Assembly (NCBI RefSeq): GCF_000002075.1
Contig: NW_004797341.1
Span: forward strand, 785,369 to 849,368
From: Aplysia californica
Taxonomy: Eukaryota
Length of the DNA stretch: 64,000 nt
Reading direction: 5' to 3'
Position 1 is the stretch's first letter. Each line of letters starts with the position of its first letter. This document shows, one piece after another, positions 37,252-50,899 of the stretch. The translations under genes were made by a program, and so were the position numbers. The notes under the pieces are model-generated. The model was not told the DNA's origin, did no database searches, and saw nothing but the letters and a program-made list of their open reading frames with translations.

Positions 37252-37584
37252 TTATTTTGAAAATGCATGGTCTTTGAAACTTTTGTGTTGTTGTCCAAAT
37301 TGTTTATTGATGAATGTGTTTTAAATTGACCCTGTGTACTTGGTCGTCTGCCTCAGCACACCTGCATTTACCTTTCCTCTCTCCGAACACATGTATCATC
37401 AGTGTGTGGTGATGTATATATATATTATACAGTTGAACCTGTCCAAGATGAAATTGCAAGGGAGCCAGACAAAAATTTGGTCATAGACATTTTCCATATC
37501 TTGGAAATTTTGAGGGAGGGGGCAGAATCAATACAGTAGTCTCCGCCTAAACGCACGCCATACAAAAGCACGCTCCGCTCAAAC

Positions 37585-39151
37585 CTGGCCCTCCAGGAAA
37601 TCGCGCAATAAACCCGCAATTTTTTTGCAATTTTTGCAATTTCTTGCAATTTTAGGCAAAAATACATCAACGCTTTAATTTTAACAGAATTTTTAATACG
37701 AAATGGTGCGAGCACAGAGCCGATGGGCCTACGTAAATCATGGTATCGGCCCAGCTCAAGCCTACTGAGTGTACTCTAAAAGCTATAGCTCTAACTGGAA
37801 ATTCAGGCCGGAATGCATCATGTACAACACGAACTGAGACATAGGCTAGGCCGAGAAGATGGCCTTCTTTGGGCTAGGCTTTTATCTAATGTGTGTAAGC
37901 ATGTGCGTGTGATAAGAAAGTAGGTGTGTGCGTGTGTGAGGTGTACGTGAGTGTGTGTGCGCGTGAATATTGTTCGTACATGATGTATGTGTCTACATAC
38001 ACGGTAACCGGGCACCTAGTCTCAGTATCTACGTACACGGTAACCCACCGGAATGAAGATTAACCAATATTTGTCCTGTGCTGTCACTTGTTGAAATAAA
38101 AAAAAGAAAGTTATACACGCGTCTTGTCGGGCTCGCCATCGTTACCGGTCAGTGAACCTGTGCTCTCGCACCACATTGTGAGTACCGGTTGGGGTCACCA
38201 AAGTTCATTCAAAGTCTGTGCGCTACGAAGTATACAGTAAAGGGCTCCGGAATGGGAGAATTATTGATTCAAAAAAAAAATGTACAGTCAGAGGAGGGCT
38301 GGTGTTGAAGGCAACACCGGATGACAAAAACTGAACTTGGAATTCTTAACTGCCCGGTTACCGTGTACGTGACACTGAGACTACGTGCCGGGTTGCCGGT
38401 TACCGTGTACGTAGACACTGGGGCTACGTGTCCGCGTACCGTGTACGTAAACACCCCGTTATGTAAAACACCTTAAGCTGCGTTCACACGGGAGTGGGTG
38501 CTATAGAAATGATCTAGATCTACATTAGTACATGTATTACTATTGTTTATAAATGGAAAAAAAAAATTGCTGTATTTTACGATTTGACTTAGTGTTAAAA
38601 CAATACCATGCCAGTTTTAAAACAGAAAATATCAGAAATAAATCTAAATACAGATTACCGGTGTATCGAAGGTTTCAAGAGAAAAATAGAACAGGATCTG
38701 ATTTGATTGGAGCATAAGCTTATTTTGTATTTAGAGGTTGTTTCGAAAATCTCTCGTCAATTTTTTTGGTTTTTTATAGACTAAACCTCATACTCATACA
38801 CTTCTAGATTTTTGCATGAACCAAGTACCTGGTATGTACTAAATTTGTCAAATTTTATGCTTTCATTTAAAAGTTATTACGAAAACCGAGGGTTCCGTTA
38901 TTTTGTGTCACGCGTTATCATATTATATTTGGTCGATAACTTTAATGTAAACGTACTCGTGTGTTGTTACTAGTAAATGTTGTTAATAACATTTGATGAA
39001 TTTGTATTGTTTGTCATGATTTTTTAAAAGGCTGAGCTGCTTTTATGCTACCGGTATTCAAAATTGTCATGTTTTTAAACTAAAAATGTTAAGCCCGTAT
39101 TAATGGGCCTGGGATGGGAAGGTTGCACTTTGCAAATTTTAGGCTGTTTAG
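37585..39151. mobile_element. Insertion with 8-bp TSD (hAT-like, TIRs decayed)
   Basis: GCTCAAAC duplicated (37577-37584, 39152-39159); present once in the empty 32582 copy. Confidence 0.7.
37990..38456. mobile_element. Foldback-type element with inverted repeated arms
   Basis: TACACGGTAACC repeats on the left, GGTTACCGTGTA repeats on the right; core homologous to 19730-19905 and 21319-21365. Confidence 0.65.
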
Positions 39152-41937
39152 GCTCAAACGCACGCTTTTGTTATCTGACGGGGTTTTTACTATATAATTT
39201 AGACGTACAAACGCACGGTCACTCCCTCTAAACGCACGCTCCGATATGCGAAACACACTGACAGGTAAAGCTTGACTAAGGGAAATTTTCACTTCGACAA
39301 GCCTAGAAAACCGGATATTTGGTGAGACTGCCCCTTACACCAAACAAAGACAGTGATGGACAGCGTTTTCACACCCAACTTTCCACTGACACAGGTTTAG
39401 GACTGGTCGGTGAAATGCTTGGGGGGTTTGGGGACTGAAACGTTCTTTGATTGGTCACTGGAAATGAATCTCTTTGAGAGGTTTCTGACTGGTGTTTGAG
39501 TGACTGCGCGTTGGCTAATGTTTAGGTAGACCTAAGCCTATGATGCGCAACACGCATGAATGCTCGTTCATGAATTTACGGTCGGGGGTGGTCGCTTGGA
39601 AAGCCACGTGGCTAGGCCGTCGTCTCTATGACTATCAGTACTAGATCTATCACCAACAATTTCTTTTCAGGCTATTGGTTCCTGACATTTTATGGTTCAT
39701 TCATTACATCAAGTCTGTCTTTCTGCCCATTCAACGTCTTTGCAGTCTTAACGGCAGTCGAGGAATCTTTTACAAAACAATCACGTGTCGTCACATTATC
39801 GGGCAAAATGACCCCCACCCCAAAGGGAGGTAACTAGCATACCAAGGCAATGAGATGACTGCATCCCTTCCTCCCCTTTGCTAAGGTTCATGTAAACGCA
39901 CGCTCCGTATATAAACACACGATAAAAGGAGCCCTCCCGAGCGCCGTGCGTTTAGGCGGAGACTACTACTACTGTAGTTGCCTATCCAGTCGGCAAATAG
40001 TGGTGAAAGCGTCACACCTCCCCTGTGCTATCCTAGCCTCTCTGATAATGGCAGGCGTCAGTCTTCCTCGTATATCCATTGCCACCAGTTCTTGCGTCTC
40101 ACAGGACCACTGACTAATTAAAAATAGAAATGATTGAACGCCTCCATTTTTTTCCTATCCTTTGCGCCAGGCATTGGTGTAATAGTACAGATTACAGTCA
40201 AATAATGCCACCCCTCCCCTGTATGTAACAACACTTTTGCAGGGTTTTTTTTCTTGCCTGGCCCTATGTAAAGAGCTCTCCAGATATTTTGTTTAGGATT
40301 ACTACTCCTCAGATGAAGTGGTGAGTGATGAAGCATTACTTAGACTAAGAATGATCTTATTCTGAATTCAGAGTGATCATGGAGCATGTCATCAGCTGAA
40401 TATTTCAGATGATTGGTCTGAATCTCCACAGAGATACAATAGGTCTTAGGTGATGCATACTCCCTTTACGGAGCACTCTTGGAGAGGAAATACATGTAGG
40501 CCTATTTCTAGGAAATTAATCCTAAGACATTTCATCTGCAAAAGACATATTTTCTTCACCATGGTTATTTGGAGACCTGCATAGGTTAATCTAAGGTCTT
40601 ATTTTGTAAATAAGTTATTAAATTGTGTTGAAAGGGACTTAAAAACGCAACTGAAAAACACTTTCATCTTGGGAGACTGACCCTGACAGCTTCTCCTTAG
40701 AGCACTGCCCAGCCTTGTGAAGCTCTTTTCTCTTCTTATTTGGGATATCCAAATTCGTTTTAATCTGCAGTTGAATTGAGTAGGTACTTCACAGCAATAA
40801 CAACTATATCACGGTACAGGTGTAAAGTCATGGAGGTAAGTGCCAAGAAACAGAAAGTAGACACTGAAGGAGAAGTGGAATAAAACACATAACATTGACC
40901 ACAACCTGGACACGAACAATTTAGTACAGACACACCAACTGTATGTATATTGATGAAATAGCAATTTTTATTATCAAATATTTCACATCAACGTGTATCA
41001 CATATACACTGAACAATGTCATTCAGAAAAGGCTTGCTTATGTAGTTTGACAAATGTGTACACAGTCAAAGTCAAATCTGGAAAGTATTCTTTGTCTTGT
41101 ACTTGTACATCAGACACTGTAAATTAAATAACCATGACCCTTGAAAGCTTAACCAAATCTTTTCCACCATAACATTTTAGCACTAACTTGAATAGACAGC
41201 AATATTAATCAACAAACTTAGACACTTCTGTAAAATCTCAGCAACTGTTCACAGACAAATCATCACTCTTGCCATAACATAAACAATCATAAATCAACCC
41301 AAAAGAGTGGATAGACAACAAAATTGCCTCTCAAAACTGATACAAAATGAATTATGTACTTTTACACTAACTACTTTTTTGTTTAAGTTGACATGGTCAG
41401 ATCTCATAGAGCATCCCCTCTGGCACAACAGCACCATGAGAGCATTAAACATTTGGCATAATTGATAGCACGTTATCTGGAGCAAAAGCAGCGGCATACT
41501 CTTACTTTTAAGGTTTCAAAATTTAACTTTTTATTTTTATCTCTGAAGGGGTTAAGCCCACTATGCCGGGCTCCCGCTTTGGTACTAAATCTAAAAATGA
41601 CAAAAACGTCACTAAATGGGTCATTAAATCAAAACAAGTCAACCTATTTTGATAGTTTTCATCTAATGAAAGAACTCCCGATAAAAGAGACCTGTTTTCG
41701 ACAATTGCCGAATAGTAATTTGGTGTAGAAGTCGTTTTAAAGGAATGTGCACGGGCACAGTGGATCAGCCCACGAGCTGCTGGTAGTGGCTTGCTGGAGA
41801 TAAAGAGTAAGTACACATCTCTTGCAATGGCCTGCGTCTACGCAGCACTCAGAAGACAGTGTATCTTAAGGGGCCGTTCAAATATAATCTTACGCCTGGG
41901 AGGGGGGAGGGTGGCTACTGTAAGAAAAGTTTAAGAA

Positions 41938-42037
41938 NNNNNNNNNNNNNNNNNNNNNNNNNNNNNNNNNNNNNNNNNNNNNNNNNNNNNNNNNNNNNNN
42001 NNNNNNNNNNNNNNNNNNNNNNNNNNNNNNNNNNNNN
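41938..42037. other. Assembly gap (100 N)
   Basis: Ns. Confidence 1.
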
Positions 42038-42473
42038 GGGGTCTCGAACTAATTTTTTGTGAGGTGAAAAATATTTTTGACATACCGACGAACACTGCCA
42101 TTGTTGAAGATAACTAATTTCACTTTTTGTTTTCAGCATAATGATCAGTAATAACAGATACAATGGAATCCTGATAGTCAACTTGCTTAAAGTCAACTCT
42201 TGCTTACAGTCAACACCTCACAGAGGTCCCGTTTTTTACCTGCTTTGTTTAAGTAATTTTAAGTAGATCTAGTTGTGTTTCTGATACAGTCAACCGCTTG
42301 AGTGTTAAGCTTGCGTAAAGTCAACAATTTGGGGCTAAATCCCAAGATGAATTCATTTAAGAAGAGATATTTCGCCTGAGCTAGTGGTGTACACACCTCC
42401 AATTACTTTGTTCTTTCATTATCTATCTCTTGTTTTGGTGACAACTTCAAAATTATACTCCCTGAAATTGAGA

Positions 42474-43260
42474 TTCATCATCATCAATGCCTTTCACCCC
42501 TGGCAGGGTATAGGCCACATACAAGCTCCTTCCATTTATCTCAATCCTGGGCCATCCTTCCTAGCTCGTTCCAAGTGAGCTTCATCTCTCTCATGTCCCT
42601 TTCCACACACCTCCTCCATGTCTCTCGTGGCCTACCCCTGCCTCGTGCTCCCTGTGGGTTCCATTGCAATGACTGTCTTGTGATGTTTCCGCTGGGTTTT
42701 CTGAAGGTGTGTCCCATCCAACGCCACTTTCTTAGTCCTATTTCTACTTCTATAATCCTTTTGTCCTGTCCTTTCCCATAGCTCTTCATTTCTTATTCTA
42801 TCCTGCCACTTAATTCTTAGGATACTTCTCATACATCTGTTGATGAAAGTCTGGACTTTATTCAGCACTATGTTGTCTTCCAAGTTCCGCAGCCGTAGAG
42901 GAGCTCAAACTTGACATTGGAAATAAAGAGTCGAATCTTGGTGTGCACTGAAATGTTGCTTGCTTTCCAGACTTTTGATAATTGCTCGAATGCTGACCTT
43001 GCCTTGGCGGTTCTTGCTTTTACATCTGCCTCAATTCCACCTTTACTGTCGATGACACTTTCAAGGTAGGTAAAGGAGTCCACTTCTTCTAGGGGATTTT
43101 CTTCCACTGTCACAGCAGGATTTGACACTTTTCCTAGCTTCACTACTTTCGACTTGCCTGGGTGTATACGTAGGCCAACACTCCTTGATAGGCTGTTGAG
43201 TTCCTTGATCTTTTCTTGCATCTGAGCATGTGTGTGAGAGAGCAGTGCAAGGTCATCGCA
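42474..43260 (-). mobile_element. 5'-truncated RTE-clade LINE
   Basis: DDLALLSHTHAQMQEK...FTYL..LLYGCGTW...WRWMGH..WNPQGARGRGRPRETW; (GAT)n tail; frameshifted. Confidence 0.92.
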
Positions 43261-44318
43261 GTTTTAAAGGCTCTCAAGCTATTGAATTTATCGAACTTTG
43301 GCGGCTGTTTTCTCACTAAATTTACCTCTGAAATCAGGTGACCCACACCTCCTTCTACCGCAAATATTTCGACTCTTATTCAGCATAGATGAATACCGTT
43401 TTCATCAAAAGGAAGGCAAATGGACAGGCTTTAAGATGATATCAATAACTCCTTATCCCTCAAAACTGACGAGCGCCTGATCTCACCATGTCGTGACACC
43501 TATTATTTTTTTAGTGCACACATTATTATGTGCATGTGTGTGTGTAGACATGTTTTTCATGAATATTATGCAATGCACATAGAACAATGATTGTTTCACG
43601 GATTTGCGAGATATAAAATATGTCGTATTATTTTTATCATTATAAGCGAACAAAGTAATTTTACGAGGGGGGGGGGGGGGGGGGGGGGGTGCAAATGCAA
43701 ACGAAAGAAAGAGGGGGTCCAAAAAAGTCCCCCAAAAGGTGTAAGATTATATTTGAACAGCCCCTAAAGGTTTGAACTTTTATCCAACAGCTCTATTGAT
43801 GAGTATGGTATTCATTCAATGTGTAGAAAACTTTTGTTTATTTTAAGATCCTTTTCTGACTTTTAATTTTAGAATATATTATAGTTTTTTTTAACAATAA
43901 CAAGATCTTTTAAAAGAGAAAACGAATTCCCAATAAAAGAATTCATTTCCGACAACTGTGAACAGACTAGAAGTAGAAGACACATCAGGAAAAAGAAAGC
44001 CTTTCTTTATTTATAATTTCTGTGGGAAGTAATCAATGTATCGAAAATTCCATGCCAGCTTCCAGAAACAGAAGTCTTACTCTTACTCCAGCAGTCTGGG
44101 TATAACGAAAGTTGCGTCTGCTCTGCATTTTGGTGCTCTCCCTGACACACTCAGACTCTCTGCACGTTGACTGTAAAGACACATATTTCACAGCTTCGCC
44201 TTCGTCAAGCCAGCATCGGAGAATGGAAACAGCACAGCAAACACAACAATTGATTCCCACAGCCTTCCCTGACATACACCATGCACGAGATCAGAAAGTC
44301 CTTTCGTCCATCTGTCAA

Positions 44319-44420
44319 TCATATCTTGAAGCCTGAATGAATAGCAACAACCCCAAAGGTCAAGTTCTCATATCTCACCATTCGAAATCCTGCGGCTTTG
44401 ATCATGTTGGCAAAGTCTTT
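44319..44420 (-). CDS. COQ5: COQ5 exon 8
   Basis: KDFANMIKAAGFRMVRYENLTFGVVAIHSGFKI*. Confidence 0.95.
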   Translation of the reverse strand, partial: KDFANMIKAAGFRMVRYENLTFGVVAIHSGFKI

Positions 44421-45060
44421 CTGCAAATAAAATGAAGGTGGTGGAAGGCATTCAGTACAAGGACGCAGCCATATCCCAGCAAACGTTAACAAAACTGAAA
44501 AGAGATGTACACAAGTAGCAGGTGTATATTTCAAGCTTCTATCCACTGATTCCCTTCCTAGAATCACACGAGGCAAGAATAAATCAGGACTCGTTATGTG
44601 GTATCCCACACAACAAGCTCAGATTGGCTTTAACGTTTATTGAAATGTCATAATCTCTACATAGAATAGAATTAACAAGTCTCTGCCAGAGTGTATACAA
44701 TGTTAAAGCACAAAGAACTTAAATGTAAACTTTTATTATTTGACTAGTTCTTGACTAAATAATTCGATAAACCATATATAGACCTGAATGTGAGCCTCAA
44801 CCAGATAATCTGAAAATTTTGGGCACACCACACAACCCCCCCCAAATCAGTTCCCCCCCCATAATAGCTTTTGTGGGTGTCATAAAACAGCAGCACTTGT
44901 AGAGGTACATGGTGGGGGCATCATTCCCCCCAAAAAAAACCTGCTTTGGTCCTTCAGAAATGTAAAAAAAAGCCAGCAAAATTACAAAACGAAAAAAAAA
45001 TCAAACACACCCCAAAACAAACAAGGAGCATAATGATTAATGACATAATGGCCTACATTG

Positions 45061-45388
45061 CTATAATAGGGTTTGATACAATAACACAATAGAATTGGAA
45101 TGTGAATCCTTCATATATATAGTAATCTAGATAAATCTAGAACTAGATCTAGTAGAACAAGTTAATAGGAATAGGCCTTTCACGAAATCCGCATCCGAAC
45201 AGAGGGACTCAGCTGAGTCTAATAATTTACACACCTGATGAAATGCACTTTTACCAACATTAACATTACAGCACAACCTATAATGGGGTTTGACACAATA
45301 GAATTGGAATATGAATCCTCCATAGAGGTCTATTTATAACGATTTAGATTTATAAATCTAGAACTAGTAGAACATGTGAGTAGGCCTT
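45061..45388. repeat. Diverged tandem duplication (~110-120 bp units)
   Basis: CTATAAT.GGGTTTGA..CACAATAGAATTGGAAT..AATCTAGAACTAG..TAGGCCTT occurs twice. Confidence 0.7.
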
Positions 45389-45894
45389 GAATGAATCTAC
45401 AACCGAACAATTGGTCAAAAGATGTAATTAAAAACGGCTGCTTGAGCATGAAACTGAAAGTAGATTTACTTTACGTCGTTGTCCTTTTTCGTATTCGTAT
45501 TTCTACTCATGTTCCGACAATTATGCCGGAAACGCTGACGTCGGCACGAAAAGGAAATTGCAGACAAAGCCGATCGGGGAAAAAGGGGGCGCTGGCGATT
45601 TGCCAGGCCTTGCACTTCACACATAGACTAATACAATACAGGTGAGCCTTGTGATAGCATCAGCTGGGTCGCGGGTCGGGTCGCGATAGTCGGATTATAG
45701 ACGATTGTCTGCTAACACGCAGGTTTACAAATATAATTTTTCTTCTCTAAACGCATGCTTCATCCAGCGAAATCCACAGAAAAACAAAGACAAGAATTTG
45801 TAAATGTCTGGGTCTACTTATATAACACAGCAAGGGCTGGTCTAGATTGCAAGATACTTTTACCTCAGGTTCAATAGAAGAAAACCAAACTTTA

Positions 45895-46179
<285 letters not shown>

Positions 46180-46768
46180 CTACAAATACTTGTGCAAAGT
46201 TGAACGTTTCGCTTGATTATGAGTCACCAAACAGTGGGCTGGAGAACAGACAGAAAGCCAAGAGTGGACTGGATAAATATTTCGTACATTACAACATATT
46301 AAATACTGAATTCATAAAAATAATGACAAACCAACCTACTTATTTATTAATACACAGAATACCAGCAAAATTTAAAAAAAAAAAAAATGAATTGATAAAA
46401 TAAAGACAACAAATGTAGGCCCATATATTTAACAAAAAACATAAAATTAAATATTGTTGTAACCAGAAATTGCACCTTGTTTGCACATATTATCTGAATC
46501 TCAACAAATCAAGAAAAAAAGAGAGTGAAACATTAGATAGAAATTAGAAAGTCTATAAAAGCATGTTTCATCTGAATTTTCAGAAACCAAAGAGTCATAC
46601 AATTTACCAATTAATTTACACTAGTGGAGAAAAGAGCTTTCTGAAGATAACATTACCTTTTAGGTTTGAAACTGAAGCCATTGACAAAGGTCAGAGGAAC
46701 TTTAAAGATATAATAACGAACACTTCAGTGACATTTGCTGCAAGACAGTGCAGGTTAGCCCCACTTAC

Positions 46769-46857
46769 CTGCGCAGTAAAGGGTTTGGCACTTCGCTGAA
46801 CTCTAAACACATGAATCGCCCCCCTGGCTTCAGCACACGGTACGCTTCATTAATTAC
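46769..46857 (-). CDS. COQ5: COQ5 exon 6
   Basis: [29 protein letters not shown]. Confidence 0.96.
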
Positions 46858-47567
46858 CTGCAAAACAGAGAAAAGGGGAAAAAGTCTAACGATGAAATTC
46901 ACTTTCTTGTCAAGAACTGCTCTTTTTAAAAATCTAGAGTAAAAACTCAGGAGCAAAACATTGTGCACTTGAACTTTAAATTCCATCTCAAATCAAAACA
47001 GAGCATACCTTCAGACTTTTTCAAACTAGAAAGTAAATCTCTCTTTTTCAAACAACATTCAGGAAAACTATGGATAATGCCAATATCTATGAGGTTTTAG
47101 CAAAAACATTGCAAAATAGTAAACCAGACTATGCAAAAAGACATGTCCAAGTTGAAACAGGACACTCAGAAGGGCTGAAATTATCATCATCTGGAAACAA
47201 TAACAATCACTCTATCCTTTGTCTCAATACCCATGAAAGGTTTACGACTGAGCTGATGGTTGTTAGCATCCTTATAACCCACTTCTTATCATGCTGGACT
47301 ACAGTTTGGGTGAACTTGGTTCGAATCTTCAACAAGGCATTTTTTAACTCAGGCTGTTTGAGGAGTTTTCAGCACTCTCCAACATATGCCCATTTAGTAT
47401 CAGTCCTATCAGAGAAGAAAGTTAAATTTGAAAGTCTTTCTTTTAAATAACCTTACACTTACATGGTCTAATGGGGGTGTGAAAAAATGTTAATAGTATA
47501 GTGAAGAAAAGATTACCCCCCCCCCCACCCTACTTCAGAAAATTTGGGCCCTTCAGTGTGCATAATA

Positions 47568-49040
47568 AACTCGCCCAAAAAAGTCAAGGAACAAATTGTG
47601 TTTTTACCTGTCAAAGTTAAACTTCAATATCTCACAAACCTGTTAAGATCAGTCAACCTAACTTGGCACACGCACTGACGACTAGACACACTTTGCCTTT
47701 ACAGCTAATTTGCCCGCCCCAGCTTCACAGTGATGGCGCAGGGCATTCTGAAACACAGCCGAAAAGCATGAAAAATGGGCTAAATTTCTCTACTTCAGCA
47801 TCATTGGCACAGGGACTGTTAGCTAAAACTAACCTTGGCTCGTGCTAAACAGATGTCTTAGTTGTGAATACTGCTGACTTACAACCCTTTATAAGCCAGT
47901 GTTTTTCAGCTATGTTTCATTACAACACGATGGTCCAACGGCGCTCGCTGCCTGATGTCGACAGAGGACGAGCTCTTACCTGGCTCCAAGATGACTTCAC
48001 GTTCCCAGTTGTTGCACATCGACTTAGAGGGTCCCCATCAGTCATATAGAGGCAGCAAGAATGATAGCGAGTGACCGGAAGGGTCCAGGACAGGCCTCGA
48101 CAAGGGCCGCCCTGTTGACCAACGACAGTATCGAGCAGTTCATCGTCATACAGGCCGTGATGTCACAAACCACCACTGCAAACGGCATCAGGGACCAACT
48201 ACGGGTGACAGCCAGTGTCCACGAGAGGGAGGAGACGGTGAGGAACCGCATCGTTAGAGTCAGGTTCGCTTCTTGTGTCCCTGCCAGGCGCCCAAGGCAC
48301 ACGCCCCCCCCACAAAGCAGCTGGCCGGGCGTGGTCTGCTCGTCATTAACAGTCGACACATTGTCGACGAATCCAGATTCAACCTGCTGCATCCAGACAG
48401 GCCAGCCCATGTCTGGAGGCGCCGAAGAGAGCTGTTCTGGTGTGGGGAGGCTCCTCAGCTCACCACAAGACCCCCTGTACCATATACAGGGCAATTTGAC
48501 CGCGGCAAGGTACAGGGAGGAAATCCTGCGTCCCCTTGATGTTCCTCTCCAGCGGCAGATTGGACCCCAGGCTGTACTGCGGGACAACAACGCCATGCCT
48601 GTAGCCCCGAATAGAACCCAATAGAGAACATTTGGGATCACATTGACCGGTGGATAAGGTACAAACACCCTCCTGCACAAAACCTTCAACAACTCTTGGG
48701 TTGCCTAGTCCAGGAGTGGCAGAACCTACCGCAACAAGGTCTCCGAGGGCATGTCCTTTCCATGCGTTGACGCTGTACCGAGTGTCTGGTCAAACGGAGT
48801 GGCTACACCCACTATTGATAATGTTCATGAAGAACTATGGCTGTTCAGACTTTTGAAATCCGACCAGTGTGACTTAAACTCATTTTACATGAACTTCTCG
48901 CTGTTGCTGAAATTTGAAATTGTACACACTTAATCTAGACAGTTCAAAGCATCTTTTTTGAAAAAATGAATAAATTTGGTTAAATTGTTCTTCAGTTATC
49001 TTTCTTTGAATTTTTGTTCCTTAACTTTTTTGTGCGAGTT
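47568..49040 (+). mobile_element. Tc1-like transposon with degenerate transposase (ATG 47930 to ~48817)
   Basis: TA-flanked TIR AACTCGC(C/A)CAAAAAAGT(C/T)AAGGAACAAA; motifs TVRNRI, DESRF, DNNA, PIENIW in shifting frames. Confidence 0.92.
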
Positions 49041-49287
49041 TACTTTTGTGAATTCAACTGTCAAGGAATAAGGTAGTTAAAGTACTCTTATAGTATTGAG
49101 CAAAAAGTCTAGTCTTTTTTAGAGCAAGATGTTCAATCATGTTGTGGGTCGAGGCACTTGATAAAAGTGAATTTGACAACAATCCTGTTTCTTTTTTATG
49201 TTGATTGTCTTCAGTCTCCCTTTTGGCATGGAAGACCTAAAAAAATAGATATATAAATGAGGATACTGTGCTGGGGTCAAAACATAC

Positions 49288-49394
49288 CTGCTGTACATGG
49301 GTGCAGTTACGGATGCCAAAAGCAATAGTGTAGGCATCAAACTCTCCGTCTGAGAAGGGCAAGCTTTCTGCGTTGCCTTGAAACCAGGAAATAC
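49288..49394 (-). CDS. COQ5: COQ5 exon 5
   Basis: [35 protein letters not shown]. Confidence 0.96.
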
Positions 49395-49581
49395 CTGGAT
49401 GGAAAGCAAAGAAAAAGAAAAGATGATTAAAATCAAGAGCTAGCATGAAGAAAAAAAAAGAGGCATCCAAGCGCTGAACCAAATGATAGACATCAATTGA
49501 GTGACTGTACTGTAAGGGATTTAGTAACATCAATACAAAGCCTAGATTTTAAAAAAGATCATAACAAGTTCTTAAAGGAGT

Positions 49582-49662
49582 GCTACTACTGCTACCACTA
49601 CTGTTACTACTATAACTACTACTATGACTACAACTACAATTATGAACACTACTACTACTACT
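49582..49662. repeat. Degenerate (TAC)n microsatellite
   Basis: Direct reading. Confidence 0.85.
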
Positions 49663-49718
49663 ATTAAATAAAAACAGAATCCGATTCTAAATAAGAGTTT
49701 CCTGTCTTTGCGACTGAC

Positions 49719-49917
49719 CAGCATTGTAGCCTAGTTGCAGCAGTTTCTCCCTCCCAACGTCCAGCATGTCCTGGTTGATGTCAGACACAGTCACATGACT
49801 GCCGTTCTGGTCGGGTCGCTGAATGTACCTGGATGATGAATTTTTTCTCCTTTCTTCTTCATCAGAGGATGAAGATGAAGACCAATCAGTGGTGTCTTCA
49901 GCAGGGTCCATGTAAAC
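49719..49917 (-). CDS. COQ5: COQ5 exon 4
   Basis: VYMDPAEDTTDWSSSSSSDEEE...SHVTVSDINQDMLDVG; phases 0 and 1 fit. Confidence 0.92.
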
Positions 49918-50899
49918 CTGTTGAAGATAGGTGATTTTATTGGAATATCTAGCATAAAAGTTGCCATCAATTTTCAAGCTTTCAACTCTATGTGACGACG
50001 TATATGTGACAATATAGATAGAGGTAACATAATCTAAAGCACCAGAATTTCTAGTGCTCTGTTTTAAGCATCCAGACTATCATTTGTAGCCACACAGAGA
50101 GTTAAAACGTGAAAAAGAAAGGTTTCACAACAGAATGAAATAAAAATTAGAACAGCACATAAACAACCACAAAAATTAAGAAATTAATAAGGGCGAGCGT
50201 CCACCTATCCGAAGATTGGATGTTTTAACCCTAAATGTGGGTAATTCAAGAAAAAGTACAGGACATTACATGTAAATTATGGAATTACACACACTATTAC
50301 CCTGCCAGTGTCAGTATTCGGTTTTGGGGAGACATGCTCTAACATAACACATTTTATATATATATAACATCAAATTAAATGACATTACGCTATATATAAA
50401 CAAAAAGAAAAAAGAAAAAACAACACATCAGAACAATAACAAGAAAAAATTAACAAACCAACAAATTAAAACACAACAAAGAGGGAAAAATAAAAGAGGA
50501 ACAGCAATACAAATAGTATGTAATGTACTTATTTATACTTTTCACATGAAAATAACAAATCAACGCAGAGTCAACAAGTGAGAAAGAGAGGCAGTGAAGC
50601 TAAAGTGAAAATAAATTTTCATTCTAAATGTAAAGAGGTTTGGTTTCTTTTTTTCTTCTCTTTTTTTAAAGTCGACTTTTATTCCCCGGCGAGGGTACTT
50701 TTTTCTTCTTTTTTTGTTTTGGTTGAAAAATGCAAAAATCGCTGTTGTGATTCGTGGACAAAAAATTGCCAAAAATCGCGGCCGCGACAAATGCAGATGC
50801 TGGGAATAAAGGTTTTCTTTCTTCAATATCTAATCAAGCATTTCTTTAAAAATAAATTTCAGTTCTGGTAACCCCTACAACACATCCCTTTTCCTCTCT

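Larger units (their letters stand above)
37534..39974. mobile_element. Second copy of the pogo-like MITE, split by an insertion
   Basis: Same TIRs; homology to the 32582 copy stops at 37584 and resumes at 39152. Confidence 0.88.
41870..43764. mobile_element. PIF/Harbinger-like MITE hosting an RTE fragment
   Basis: 27-bp TIR GGGGC(C/T)GTTCAAATATAATCTTAC(G/A)CC; TAA TSD. Confidence 0.85.

Noticed and set aside
40320-40400. C/D-box snoRNA-like GTGATGA...CTGA...CTGA
   Set aside because: No terminal stem, no recognisable rRNA antisense element, and not in a sense-strand intron
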